Below, in pieces: positions 23,101 through 35,913 of a stretch of DNA of 64,000 nucleotides. The stretch is from Klebsormidium nitens (Eukaryota; Plantae; Klebsormidiophyceae), in the NCBI GenBank assembly GCA_000708835.1, contig DF237115.1:94126-158125 (forward strand), in the 5' to 3' direction. Each line of letters opens with the position of its first letter. Position 1 is the first letter of the stretch. The translations under genes were made by a program, and so were the position numbers. Under the pieces are notes generated by a model, which did no database searches, was not told the origin of the DNA, and saw nothing but the letters and a program-made list of their open reading frames with translations.

Positions 23101-25870
23101 GTGGAACTCCAGATGAATGGACTCGATTTCAATAATCAAATGGAGACGCCTTTCTTTTACACTAATTTGACATGCCAAGCAAGCGGAGCGATGGAACACG
23201 GAAACGAGGACGAGACGTGAAAAGAAGTAGACGGGCGAATGTACCCTAGGAAAGGGAAAGATTCGGTTCTTACCTATCACGAAGTTGCCATTCCGGAGAC
23301 CGAAGTTGACGTTCTGGGTACCTGGAGCCTGGATGACGACTCCGTTGCTCACCTACAAGTCAGATAAAAGAGCTTTTTTGAACCTATTGACCACTTTTGG
23401 GACACGTTGGAAGAGGAATGCCAGATAGTTACGAAGCACAAGCCTGGTTCATTAGACTTCTTTGCATGCATGCACGAACAAGTTGGAAGGGGGCTGAAGC
23501 GGGTTGTTTTAACACCTACTTTGACTACCAGGACGGTAGACCCAAGGACCAGGGCAACTTGGAGACCTATCGAAAGCAATAGAGCGACAGGGAGCACAAA
23601 AGGGGCAAAGAGGGACGAGAGAGAAACGGACCCTGTAAAGAAGCGTGCAAGTAGACCTGGGTCTGTCAAACGATGACTGTCCGCCTGATAGACTCAAGAT
23701 TGGCGCGCTCGCACTCTCGTTATAAAGTCAGTTCTTTTATCGGGTTGATCAGGATACCCCTGTGAACCCATCCTCTCACCAGGTTACCCAGGCAGCCCCC
23801 AGTGGTCACGTTGAACAGGGCGCCGTTTGCTGCCACGTGGCAGTTTCCGGCAGCTGCAGTCGTGGAAGTGAGGCTCCGTCCGCCGGTGGTCACACCATTG
23901 CTGGTGCTCACACAACCTGCACCATATAAAAAATGGGTTACGTAACAGAGATAGTAAATTGCACGGTCAAAACAGTCTCAAAGAAATCAATTATCCTCTG
24001 GGCCTGCTTGAAAGCTCTTTTCCCATCTACGTAGGGAGGACGTCCCCTTCAAGAGGCTTTCCAGCGACTGAAAGGTGGCTGGAAGTCGCTACTACATTGC
24101 AAGCATGGCCTTTTCGAGTGAGCAGCAAGAGCGGAGCCTCCCTAAGCTCTTGCCTGGGGGATCTCTCACGTGACGCCAGCTATAAGAGGCTCTGTTATTT
24201 AAAAGATACAAATCGCACTCATCTTCCATGAATGAAGTCTGAAACAGAATCACAATCTCGCAACTGCGCTACAGACAGATTCTTCGAGTTCCGACAATCC
24301 GTTTTGTGTCAGGAGGCGTAAAGGCACAACAGAGATGAATCACGAGTGCACAAATATAGGATACCTGACATGCCGCATCCCACGTGCCCTGACTCTGGAA
24401 AGCTTCTATTGGAATCTGTCCCACCACCTTTTAATAGATGCTGAAATATGAATGACAAAACTCTGAATGCTCCCATTCCAATGCTTCAATTCCACCTGAT
24501 AGCCTGCTTTGCCTGCTAACCAGCAGCTCAACAAGCCTTTGAACAGGCGCATATGACCAAGTCTTCCCATCTCATTCGCTGAATCCCTGGAAACGAGAAC
24601 AACGAGAGCATCAAACATGGACTCACCGGCAGCAGGGGGGAGGACAACAAACTGGCCTATGGGGTTGTGCAGGATGCTCAAGTGTCCCGTTTGAACTGTC
24701 CCGTTTGGGCCATTGTTCTCAATCAGGTAAGTCGTGATGTTGGCTGCGCCGTCGTTGTTTGTGCTATTGAATGCGGGGTACTCGACCTAGAAGGCCAGTC
24801 AGTAAAGCTTCAGTCTTGCTGAACAAGTCTCTGAGCGATGCATATTTGGACTTACAAAAGCTTTCTGAAGTGTCAATGAGTGATGAAATGTGATAGGAAC
24901 TTTCCAATTGAAGACGGCAAATGATAGTATGTCGAAAGGCCAGATATGGTTGGGGCAATGCACCACAAGAGAAGCAATTTGAGAGAGAGAAAGTCATGGT
25001 TAGAAAAGAAAGTTCTCTGTTTGACGTTAAGTACTGTTGTTCCAAGTCGGGGGACTCGATGTAAAGAATGGTCGTCATTTAACCAAGAACATCCTCCATG
25101 TCAGCTGGACTCAACCTGCTGGAAACATGAGAAGGATTCATATAGAAGAATAGAATGGCTCGTCTCAGCCAGATCTCGAGCCTTGCTTCTTGTGATATGT
25201 CTTCGTAAAACTTGAGAATCGGGGCCTCTATTTTCACATAACTATCAAGTCCCGCTACAACTCGCCAAAAACTGTCACCACTTTATGGTGCTCTAAATTA
25301 ACTATCCTGAGTGGATTCAAGACTTCAGCTTGGTTGAATGAGGTATGAAAAGCATTATGCAAATGTTTCATGTCAGTGGTTTCTACACTCAGGCATTAAG
25401 AGTTAGATACTGGCCACTGTCCAATCCTCAGATGTTATTTCATGCCTGAGCGGACGCCCAGGGAATGGAAGAAGGATGTACTCTGATGCATCAAGCCTAT
25501 CGAAGTTTCATATGACAAGCTATGATGGACACTCTGTGCAGAAGCTTGTCCCCAGATCTTGGTGTGACGAAGAATGCTGTCCATTTGGTGGTGCCATCAG
25601 TGCACACTCCTAGATAAGGTCAAACCGCTCGAGAATCATCGAATTTTGCAGGCAGGACACAATCTCATCGATATGTCACAACATTGTAGTGTTGCACTAC
25701 AAAGGAAAAACTTTTCTCCCAGAATCAGACTTTCAAGCTGGACGAAACCGATTGGATGCATCTCTCACCTGTGGGAGGTTAGTGGTGATGTTCTGCCCGA
25801 ATGCTGCATGCACCGCCAGGCTCACGACAGCGAGCAGCAGTGCATTCCTTGACATAGCAGAGGGCGCCAT
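14055..25870 (-). CDS. Secreted NAGPA (uncovering-enzyme)/phosphodiester glycosidase-like protein with C-terminal 6-Cys module and Pro/Thr/Ser linker repeats
   Basis: Phase-consistent exons: 25870-25769 (signal peptide MAPSAMSRNALLLAVVSLAVHAAFG), 24786-24627, 23916-23780 (CHVAANGALF..CLGNL), 23352-23274, 22091-21931 (QLTSGVVWLVKGG), 20962-20739 (SARTAIGH..LDGQSNVRG..AVNAINLDGGGS..YPSD), 19872-19737 (RAVTSIVC..PCDPTSQNPNQ), then 19039-18710, 17495-17352, 16577-16386, 15776-15585, 14807-14616 and terminal exon 14138-14055. Motif order follows animal NAGPA as recalled. No transmembrane segment seen. Confidence 0.85.
14430..16680 (-). repeat. Tandem segmental triplication (801 and 969 bp spacing), each unit carrying one 192-nt module exon plus homologous intron sequence
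   Basis: Exons 16577-16386, 15776-15585 and 14807-14616 differ at only a few codons. Flanking blocks recur, e.g. GTGGTCAAGAATCG..GACGTATCAGCGTACATGGATGACGG at about 14990 and 15800, and ATAAGGCCAT.CCCGGAGGACGGGTGAGG at about 15198 and 16004. Confidence 0.9.
18366..18446 (-). CDS. Alternative terminal exon of the NAGPA-like gene
   Basis: GTGCAG|TGC TTT AAC GCT... reads CFNAAGTASLCCPGLCPQTPGANPQC* (TGA at 18368-18366). It completes a module and stops right after the sixth Cys, like the distal terminal exon 14138-14055. Confidence 0.7.
   Translation of the reverse strand, partial: CFNAAGTASLCCPGLCPQTPGANPQC
19985..22295 (-). repeat. Ghost copies of NAGPA-like exon starts within upstream introns
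   Basis: Three copies of the exon 22091 start (about 22130-22290, motif GAAGCGCAAG). Two copies of the acceptor plus GTCTTTGCCAGCAT of exon 20962 (exon-start positions 21094 and 21248). About three fragments of exon 19872 at 19985-20345 (one reads NLNATLNGQAFAF versus the real LNATVNGQTFSF). Confidence 0.8.
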
Positions 25871-27781
25871 TCTGGATAAAAGCTGCCAATGCCAGCTCTG
25901 AGCAGACTGCAGCTTGCAAAAGAAAACGCAGAAGCTAGCCGAATCTGACAAACAAAGAGGTAGCAGCTGCAAAGGCGTCCTTTTGCTGGCACCCTTTTGA
26001 TTTAACTTCAATGATGGCTTTGCTGCCAGGTGCCCATGGCACGTTCTCTTCATTGACTCATGAGTCATGTCAGTCACTCCCTCGATTTCCTCCTGGCAGA
26101 TTCGATCTTGAACTAGCGTGGGAACTGTCTTTGAGGACTCGATGTGTTGCTTTGATCATCTACGGCCGCGATTGTAAGATGAACTAAACCCGTCCAAATG
26201 GCAGATTTCGTGCCGTTGGATAGGATGGGATGCCGAATTGGCCCACTGAGTCCAGACAATCGACGGCTCAGGCAGTATGGCAGCTTAGCGCGCGCGGCCG
26301 CGCGGTTGAAGGCGTACGGTAGTATCATAAACATAGGTACAAACATCGCATGCCAATGGCAATGGAGAACCCTATGGCCGCACTGGCTATGGCGTGCGAA
26401 AAGACCCTGAGACCATCGTGATATAGAACGCCCCACGACCCGGCGACCTTCCGAGTCTGCCGTCCATTGCTGCACGTCGCAGAACGCTAGAAACGCTAAT
26501 TAACATGTACCTGAGTTACAATTGCTGTTCATCATGCTTGCGTCAAATGGGTCCTTCACTCATTCCTCCGGCTCACCAAAAGACCAAACATAAACGAAAC
26601 TCTTCCCCAAGCTTTGAAGCATTGGGCAGGTGAATATTATAACGGTCTGACGTTTTGCATTACATCAGTTTGTTCGTACTCGAGAAGCCAGAATATAGCG
26701 GCTTTACTGCGACATTCGATCGGGCCCGTCTAGCTGCGTTGCGCCGCCCAACTGCCCAAGGATTGAGATCCAACTTTTTAGATTAACGGGGGGTCGAGCC
26801 CCGGGCTATATGCAGAGGCTGCACCATCGACTTAGAGTTGCGGATATACTTGCAGCGCGGCCGGTATATACACCGACTGATAAGGCACAGTTCTTATATC
26901 CATGGCCCAAAGTTTCACGGGATTTATCTGATTACTTATGTGCCATGACCGTATATATACGCAAGGCTTGTATACAAGCCTATAGCTAGCCTACAGGAAA
27001 AGAAACCAACAACTGACAACTTGTATGAATACACGACCTTGCATCATGATGTATGAATTATTCCACGACTCAACGAAAGCCATCTTACTGCCAATAGTAA
27101 CACCTAGAACGATCACAAGCAAGAGACGTGTGTACCAACGTAGGCCGTGTATGCTTGTACCAACCTAACACAACAATGTCCGACTGGAAGGGATTGTAGT
27201 CCCGATCGCGTCAAACGCGCACCTTCAATACAGGGAAATGTCCAATCTTCTGGCCCTCAAGTATGCCTACAATGTATCAAGTGTCCGTACAAAGGAAGTT
27301 TGGCAATGGTTGCTGCTAAGATCGACTGATCCCTAGGTACTTACGAATGACTGTCCCGAGCGCAACAGTCTCCAAGGTTATCCAACGCGAACCGTTCAAT
27401 TAGATCAGCAGTGGCGATGGATCAACATAAGCCCGGCCACCTCCAAACCGGGTTAAAACTCCTCCGTATTTGCTGGCTATAGTTCTCGTCTAGATTCAAG
27501 ACCTATTTACCACTTAGAGCCGGCGGCGCCGTGGAAAACGTTTAGTACCATCATGGTTAGCCCCTCTTTATTGCCTATGTTTGAAGTCAATTTCTCGTCA
27601 AATGAGCAAATGCAATGATTAGCCATGCTAGCTACGGCTAGACCGATAATCGTAACCCACCCTCCATAGCACTTGAGCTTTGTTACGTTCAGCGCCCTAC
27701 GCAAGTCAAGAATGCATCGCAAGTCGAGGTTTGAGCGCGACCCTTTCCAACCGGCCCGCCGGAGCAATGGAAGAGGCCTTG

Positions 27782-30700
27782 TCAGCCGAGGGGTTCTCTC
27801 CGCAAGCGCTTCATTTCGGCGGATAACATGCCCATGGAGACCCGCGCAGGGCTCAGCGAGGGCCCCCCGCCCTCCACACGCAGCGTCCCGTTCAAGTAGG
27901 CCAACTCGCGCAGTTGAGCTTTCTTGACTTGGTCGTTGCTCTCGTCCTGCACAAACGCAGAGGTTGTTTGAGGATGATTGCTTGACCTCCGGAATGATAA
28001 GTAGACACTATCGGTTTGTCAAAAGCATCGAAACCAGGGCAGGCCTGATCGATCTTCGGTGAACGTCGCAGTAATAGCCAACATGAAATTTCCAGTTGAG
28101 AGAGGACACAGTACGATGCAGACATTACTGACGGCTCGACAAGTTCGTAAACGAGCTTCAGTCCGCACTCAAGAAGGAACAACTATTCAGCCCTCAAATG
28201 CTGGAACATTTACCACTGGCTTTGTTGAGTACGTGAAAGCAGAGATTCGCACGTGGCGCGACATGCTGACTGACTCCGAACCGAAACCCCAAGCAGTTAT
28301 ACTGAGATATGCCGCGAGGTATCCGCCGTCCCAGATTGACCCCCTTGATGGGTTCGCAGGCAATCTTCCTTCAAGGATCAACGCAACATACTGAAACAAA
28401 AGCCTGAAACTCACGACTGGCTTGATGAGTTCGTGAATGATCTCTACGGCCTGGCTCAGTTGTGCGTCCACGATGCCTAGCGGCATCTCAGCCTCGATGT
28501 GCACATGCAGCGGCTCCTTCAGGTGCTCGAACCCCGGCTTGTCCCGCATCTTCTCCTCCTGCGAAACCGGTGAGACCGCGGTAAGATTAGGGGCTCAGAT
28601 TTTCCTCCAGGCCTGACAGTGTTTAAGCGCAATCTGCGGCCGACCACGACCAGGGAACTTTTACTGTGACGCCTTAACGACTGAGTCTGGAGTTACAGCG
28701 GCCTTGAGGTGCTCGAAACCGGGCTTGTCCCGCATCTTACCCTCCTGCAAGATCAGGAAGGCCGCCGTAACGCTAGGAGCTGAAATCCGCCAGACGCTAC
28801 AGCGTTCTGGCCGACCAAGACGTAAAATTCAGGACAGAATAGGTCGAGACTTCGGTTGTGGCCTGAGCTAGTCCCGCATCTTCTCCTCCGAAAACAAGAA
28901 CAACATCGTCGGAGGAAATCGGGAACAGCATCGTAACATTAGGTCCCTCAACCGTCACAGCATCATATCCACGCAGCGGACGACCAAGGTATCCGGACCA
29001 ATGATTCGTAACGCTTTCACGTAGCCCCACTTTCGGCGTTACAGCGTTCATAGCTGTATTGTCGAGCGGCAAGAAAAGCCGAAGGCAAGAGGACTCAATA
29101 ACATTACTTTCCCGGCTTGTCCCGCTAAGTCTTCCACACGATCATTACATTTGCTTTGCGCTAAGGTCTAACGTTCTCCAGAGAATACGGCGTCCACCAG
29201 AATCCCACCAGAGGAACTCTTCGGGGTTTCATGCCCACGCAAAACTTCCAAGACCCTTGGTCGAAACTGGGCTGTCCGTCTCCCGTCCGGCACGAAAAAG
29301 ATAAGGCTTTCTGAGGCTCACTCTAGCTCGTCTTTCCGATGCTGCAGTTCCTGATTACCCGTCAGCGCAGATTTTCCCACGGTCAGGAACAAAGACGCTG
29401 GTACTGTGGCCTCCGTAATCGGAACAGCCTATTACCAAGAAATGTTTAACAAAAGGCACTGTAACTCCAGCTCGCATCTGGGCGCTCCGTGACTAACGTC
29501 CCGAGCCAGCCCAGAAAGACCTCGCCCAACCGGTGAACCGTTGAATCCGGTGAAGCGGTGAACCGGTGAACCATTGAATCCGGAAAACCCCTTTTGCACG
29601 GTAAGTTTGCTCGGGCCGGAGATCAAAAAAGTGGTGTCCGCGGAATATTGGCTCTTACATAGCTCCGTAAGGTCCTGGATTCGGTCCCTCTTACCTTTAC
29701 TTGGTCCTTTATTGAGCCGCGCCCTCGTATCAGCACCTTGCAGCCGGTCCCCGCTTCTATCCGTTTCAACGAGTTGCCCCGCGGCCCCAGTATTCGCCCC
29801 ACGAAGTTGTACTGCGGGGAAAAAGCGACACGTGTCAGGTCCGTAAAACAAAATTTGAACCTTCCTGGACTGTCTCGCAACCCAACTATCAGATGTCGGC
29901 CGAACAAAATCTTTTCCCTTATGTTTCTTCCAAAAATGAAAACATCGTGATGGGCTACTTGCCAAGCGAGACTTTTGACCTCCCGCCACCGTCTCACGGA
30001 TCAAGGTTTTTGTGGCAAGGTCCGGTGCCTTCCAATCAATGAAAATTAAAGACGTCTTCACCAGACCGTACCTTCCTTCCGATGCAAACTGCTGACCAAC
30101 CCCTCTCTGCCCTCGAGGGCAGAAACTTGTTTTCGACAGATGTCAATCAAGCAAAGGGCCTTTCTCGACCGCTTCAAGACGCACATTTACCAAAGCAGAC
30201 CCGTCTTTCAATTCTCAAAAGGCATAGGTCACCTCCGCAGCTTTTCACTCGACCGCCACGGTTTCAGCCTTTCTCAAGGCATAATCTCCACAAAACGTCG
30301 GTTACTTCTCAGTACGTCTCTCCTCACCCGAATACATGGCTGCCAGATTGCAAGCCTTTCTCGACTATTGCAGCTAAAAGGAGGGTTCACTCTTGAGGTA
30401 AGACCTCTTGGAGTAAGACCTCACGTTCGATTACCTAAGGGTTCGTGCCAAAGCAGACTTGTATCCCGGACTGAGAAGCGGATGAACCCGCTCCTGAAGC
30501 ACAACCTTACATTCGGATATTTGTCGACCGGAACTTCGACCTTCCTCGACCGTTTCACGACGGGCCCTTGGGCGAGCGAACCCTGAGAGGCGCTCCAGCC
30601 CATTCCGCTTGCGCCGCTAGGAGACGGGGCGCTCTGGTGCGGATAACCCTGCATATTGTTTTTCAATTCAAAAAGATGCCCCATATGCCTGACAGGAACG

Positions 30701-33639
30701 AATCAAAGCAACGGTTACATACTCTGCGATTCGGATCACTTTTAGAAAATGATCAAATTGTCTCAAAAATGCAAAGCCGATGGCCAATCAATCAGAAAAG
30801 CCAGCGGAGACCCGAGTCTGGCCAGGCAGTGAGACACAATTTTGGGAGGTGGACCGTCTAAGAAGGCAGAAGACTTTGACGTGTGGTTCTCGACTTTAGA
30901 GGGAGCTAAGGAATGGGTCCTGGTGTTCTATGGAAGAAAAGCACCCGTTCAGGCCAACTTTGCATTCTACCATTTTCGCAGAAGATTCGCAGCATCGTCA
31001 GAGGCCCGAACAGAGTGTTCTGAGGACGCCTGATTGGCTTGTAACCGGCTGCCCGCTCAAAGGAAGACGGCTCTTAAGACAAAGTCGACAGCTTTGAGGT
31101 GTACGATGAAGCTGTCACCAGAAATTGACAGGTGTCCAAAGCTCCTCACCTCTGGCGACATTGCGGGCCAGTTAGTTGGGGAGTCAGGGGTGCGAGGGGT
31201 TCCGGGGGAGGGGTATGCGGCACCAAAAGACGACTGACGACTAAGGACGCTATCTAGGGTCAGGGAGTCGGTGTCAAACAAGGAGGCGCTCTCAGCTACT
31301 CGGGCGATTTCTGCGCACAAGAAAAGTCATGCGATTTGGGTCAGGAGAAGACATTGGGAAAGGGATCTGGACGCAATCCTGGGGCTAACTGCGCACAAAA
31401 ACCAAAGGGGATCTCAGGCCTTAGGCTCTGAAACAAGCGTGAAGACGCAGAGTCGAGCAGAGAGCCACTGGGAGTTGGAAATAAGCAGCAGTCTTCCAGG
31501 CAGAGTTTTTAAAAGCATCTGGGCACCCAGCCATGGCGAAGCAGATTTAGAGTTGGAATTTATTTCGCTCATCCCCTGTGTCCATTTCAGAGTACTCGTT
31601 GTCCAGAGTGGGCGCGGAGGGAATCAACAATATGCTTACCTTGCTGCAACAGCCTACTGCAGTTTGGTAGCACCTCTACAAAGGGCGCCAACTTCTGCCG
31701 TTCAAGAAGCAAAATAGCAAGGTACCTGGACGTGAAAAGAAACACATTCAGGGGACGTTTCAAGTTGGCAACCTTGTAGACAAGGGATGTAGACAGATTC
31801 CTTGTTGAAGCGTTCAATAGGAGTTACAAGACCAGAGGCAAGTGCCCTGCAAACAAACATGAGACACTAGTGGTGAATAACAGTCTCACTGCCGAATCTC
31901 CGACGCCGAATGTAACAAATCCGTGATCTTAAGTGTACCTTCAAAGTCATAGAGGCAAAGGGAGGAGATCTCACAAGTATTCCCAGCCTTACCCAGACAA
32001 TTAAGCAATTCAAAACATTGAATCTTAAGCGTATGAACAAGGATCAACTTGGGCTGCGACAAATTGCACTTGACAGAACCTGGTAACAAGCGGATCTAGC
32101 ATGCCAGCTGGCGCTGAACATCGTATAGATCTCAATTACTTCAATCTAGACGGATGAACCATGTCAACAGAGTGGCCCTTCACTGTCCTACAGCAAACTC
32201 TTTTCCACTCCTCTCCAGCCCAACTCAACTGCCGTCTTGCAGTACTCGCATGCTGCCTTCCAATCCCTGGCATGCAGCTTAAGGTGAAGGAAAAAGGGCT
32301 ATCTAAATGAGCCGCATAGTTTTGTTCTGATCAAAGCGGAGTGACACTTGACCCGAAATGCACTTAAGACAGCCTTCATCCAGCTTTTTGATCAGACAAA
32401 GGCCCAGGCTTCCATAACAGAAGCCCAAACAGAATGGAAAGAGGGAAAAAGGACTTCAAATAGACAAAACACCCATCTGAGACGGCTGTTTGATAGCATC
32501 GACAGTTCCATTCTTGTCCTGAGCCATGTTGGGAAGACCAGAGGACCCAAGAGAGCATGCATGTAAGTTTTCAGCGACAATTGCTTATCTACCAGATCCT
32601 TGTCTGGACGGTTTTCTTGTGGCAACCCACATGCGCTTCGCTGAACAGGTGGTTGAGGTCCTGGCATTGCGAATGTTGCAAGTGATCTGCATCTGAGCCG
32701 CCTTCTCTACTTTTCAAGCTGGTAACCTCTTCAACTGGTAAACTCTTCAACAGGATTTTTTGGCCACCTAGACTCTGATTTTCGAATCTCTAGCTGAAGG
32801 GCATCGACATGCCATGATCTGGGAAATAGCTGACACAAGCCATTGTCTGACATTGGTAAATGGAGGGTAGCTGGCTGCGAGTCCGTACAAGCACAGTGCT
32901 ACTTTTGACACAACTTTCAAAATGGGCACTTTTGAAACAATGAAGTAAAAGCTCAGTCATCGAAGAACTTGGCAAATGCTGTGTACTGCGAAGCTGTTGC
33001 GATTCTCCGAAAAAACTGGGCGGCTAAACATGCCCCTTTCAGTTGACAAACAGTAAGTTGAAACCGGCACTCACTAAGATCGCACGATTTCATGACATGC
33101 TGGTTTTTGTTTAAACCGTTACACGGCATTCTTGAAGATTGGCTGGAAAAGCCAAAGCGAAAGGCCAAAATGGTTGCCTTTCTGAAAACTGCCCCTTAAA
33201 CCAAGGGTGGGGGACTCTAATGCCAGAAAGTAAAATCTTCTGGTTGGTAGTACTAGGTACGACCACATTTGAACATACCACCAGAACAAGAATCCAGGGG
33301 GCACAGCATTGAGCAGACAAATCGCGTGGTGACTGAAATACTTGATTGACCAATTCTAAAAGGAACCCACAGATACCTCTTCACAAGCATTCTGAATCCT
33401 TACCCAAGCTTTTCCAGTTGAGTACTGCAGATCTGAATGGGGAACAAGCTGCCCACAAAGCCCAATCACAGAACCAGGGTTCGTTGACACCACCCCAGAA
33501 CATGACAGCTGGCAGAACACTAACTCAGCGAGCCAACAGCTGGCGCTCACCTTTCGCTGGCACTCCCGGCCATCTCCGTCTGCCGGCTCCCATAATCTGC
33601 CGACAGCCCCGAAGAATGCCCATGAAACGACGACGACAT
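27782..33639 (-). CDS. Quaking/STAR-type single KH-domain RNA-binding protein
   Basis: Exons 33639-33551, 31725-31640 ([28 protein letters not shown]), 31310-31150, 30648-30511 (VPVDKYPN), 29811-29695 ([36 protein letters not shown]), 28558-28415 ([23 protein letters not shown]) and 27946-27782 ([30 protein letters not shown]). Phases are consistent; the start codon is less certain. Confidence 0.9.
28697..28890 (-). repeat. Two ghost copies of the KH exon 28558 start
   Basis: TTGCAG|GAGGGTAAGATGCGGGACAAGCCCGGTTTCGAGCACCTCAAG at 28744, and GAGGAGAAGATGCGGGACTAG at about 28888 with the AG acceptor lost. Confidence 0.85.
29530..29586. repeat. Short intronic minisatellite of CCGGTGAA/GGTGAACC units
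   Basis: ccggtgaaccgttgaatccggtgaagcggtgaaccggtgaaccattgaatccgg in a KH gene intron. Confidence 0.7.
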
Positions 33640-34480
33640 GGGCTCGAGGCTGCTCTTCAGCTCTGCGCAGTCGTACAGCGCCTGAAGAGATTGCGAGCCC
33701 CCGCTGCCGCAGACTGCATGCTCGTCTTCCCAAGCGACACCCAGTGCCTCACTTCGAGCAACGCCTCTCCAGAGCTGGAAGGTTGCACCGCCTATACCTG
33801 TCCCCACCCTAGTCATCCTCTAGCTTCAGCAGTCAAAAGTGCATGGCTCTCCACTGGGACCTAGTGGGCTGATCTCAAAGAAGCCGTCTTCTTGTTCTTC
33901 GTGGCCCTGGAGGGTGGGCCCCAGACTGGTAAAGTCAGGTTTAAACTGGCCGCGGTTCACGTGTGGGGACATCCAAGTGGAAAGCACCCGCCCCCTCGGA
34001 AGACGCCACGTGGCCTTCCAAAAATTGCAGATTTGTGCACATATCCGAAAGTATTATATTTGTTGTAAGCTCATAGCGGTACACTGGAATAGTTCCTTGC
34101 TTCTTAGCTCCTTCGACAGTTTCAGAGGAAAAGGGTCCGCAAAAAGCAGTTCATATCCATCATTTTCATGGTTCATAAGGGTTTATTTGACGCACCAGAA
34201 CGCAATCCCGCTGTTCTCGAAACCGTCTGTAGAAGTTCGAAAGCCTGACTTTGCTAAACTTGGTCACCTGCAAACCCAATAAGAAACGACTTTCCGGGAT
34301 TCGGAAAATGGTTTCGCAGGCTTGCTACCTCAATTCCGCTATATCCGTGCAGGGCATTTAATGCTTCAGATTCATGTACGGACGAAGAGTCGAAGATGGA
34401 ATACAAACCGATTATCCAGTCTACCAGTACCGGTAGCTTGGTAGGTACCTTCGAGTAGGCAGGGGGGGCTGGAGATATAA

Positions 34481-34840
34481 ATAAAGTTTAATACCTATAA
34501 GGCAATGTGACCAATAAGGTACTGTATTGCGTAAGAGGACTGTACGTTTAATGATTGCGCGGTCGTACCCCGCGCTGCGCGGTGCGTACCCGAGAAGCAG
34601 CCGGGCCTACCCTGGGACATTAGGGTCTCGCAAGCAACCGGGTGACAAGCAGGCCCTCCCTCTGACATTAGGGTCTCGCAAGCAGCCGGGTGACAACCGG
34701 GCACTTCCCAGTAACATTAGGGTCTGTCGGTCACATTACCCTAGGTTTTTAGTGTTGCCCGGGGCCTCACATGTACAATATTCCTCTACGGTTGAACAAA
34801 TTCCTTATAGGGAACGTACCTTATAGGTATTAAACTTTAT
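34481..34840. mobile_element. MITE-like element with 22-bp perfect terminal inverted repeats and internal 48/49-bp tandem repeats
   Basis: ATAAAGTTTAATACCTATAAGG (34481-34502) and its exact reverse complement (34819-34840). Internal units begin ACATTAGGGTCT at 34617, 34665 and 34714. No clear target-site duplication. Confidence 0.6.
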
Positions 34841-35587
34841 GGTTATCTCTGGAGCTGAGGAGTCACAGCGTACCTACACGGTTTAAAGCGTGAATCAATT
34901 TGTTGATTATTCGACGAGACGATAACAATAACACCCACTTGCCGATTGGGCTCCAGAAACGCGGAAACTTTCTAAATTTAGGCAGCGGCCAGGAAACACG
35001 TGGGCGCCTGCTTCTTGGACTTCATCCAGATAATTACATCACGAGAGTTCTCTGCCCGACACGTTGGACAAAAGTACAAGTACTGGAATATTGCGCGCAA
35101 TCCTAGGGATTGTAAGAATCCTAACCATCATGACCCCGATGCAAACCTGAGATTCGTACATCAGGGCGTCCCGTACGGCGAGCATATTGCATGCAATGTC
35201 AACCGGGTCTCTCTATTGGGCCGTCGCTTGAGTGCCGATCACTGTTCCAAATTAATCGTGCTTCTGCACTGCAGTGCAATGGAACCGGTTACCGCCGCCG
35301 ACCGAGAGGCCGGCAAAGCCTTGACGCCGGCATGACGACCGAGTGCTATCTGCTGACTAGCCTGGGCCGCAGCACGGCCCTGAGTGACCGGGAGACGGGA
35401 GCCGCCGGGCGTACGTCGAGAGTTAGTAGTGGGGACTGAGGAGTTGAAACTTAGGACACTCGACAACGTACAAGGTACAAGGTACCTACTTCTTGCGTTG
35501 CAACATCAATGTGCACGTGTGTATGTACTAGGTATGCGAGCCAGGGCCCAGAACTCGGGCTGTCGGATCAGACGAGAAGCCGAAGCA

Positions 35588-35656
35588 GGGATTCCCACAA
35601 TTGGCAGCCTGGGGCGGACCTGGGGATTCCCACAACTGGCAGCCTGGGGCGGACCT
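35588..35656. repeat. 35-bp tandem duplication upstream of the HNH gene
   Basis: GGGATTCCCACAA(T/C)TGGCAGCCTGGGGCGGACCT occurs at 35588 and 35623. Confidence 0.85.
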
Positions 35657-35913
35657 GCCTGGCCGGGAAGGGACCCTGGCTGGTGCCGAAGGCACCCCGC
35701 CAGCTCGGTAGCTGGTAAAATTGACAGGTCCGCAGGGCACTCAGCTGGCCGGTAGAGCCAACCGCCTGCCCCCCAGCTGGTACAGCCGGGGGGCTGCCTG
35801 TGGCTGGCTGGCCGGGACGAAAGTCTACGGGAATCCCTGAGCCGAAGCCTGTGGAAATGATGAAGCTAGAGACCTCATTTGCAGACCACTTCGTGATCTG
35901 GTTCGCTTTTGCC

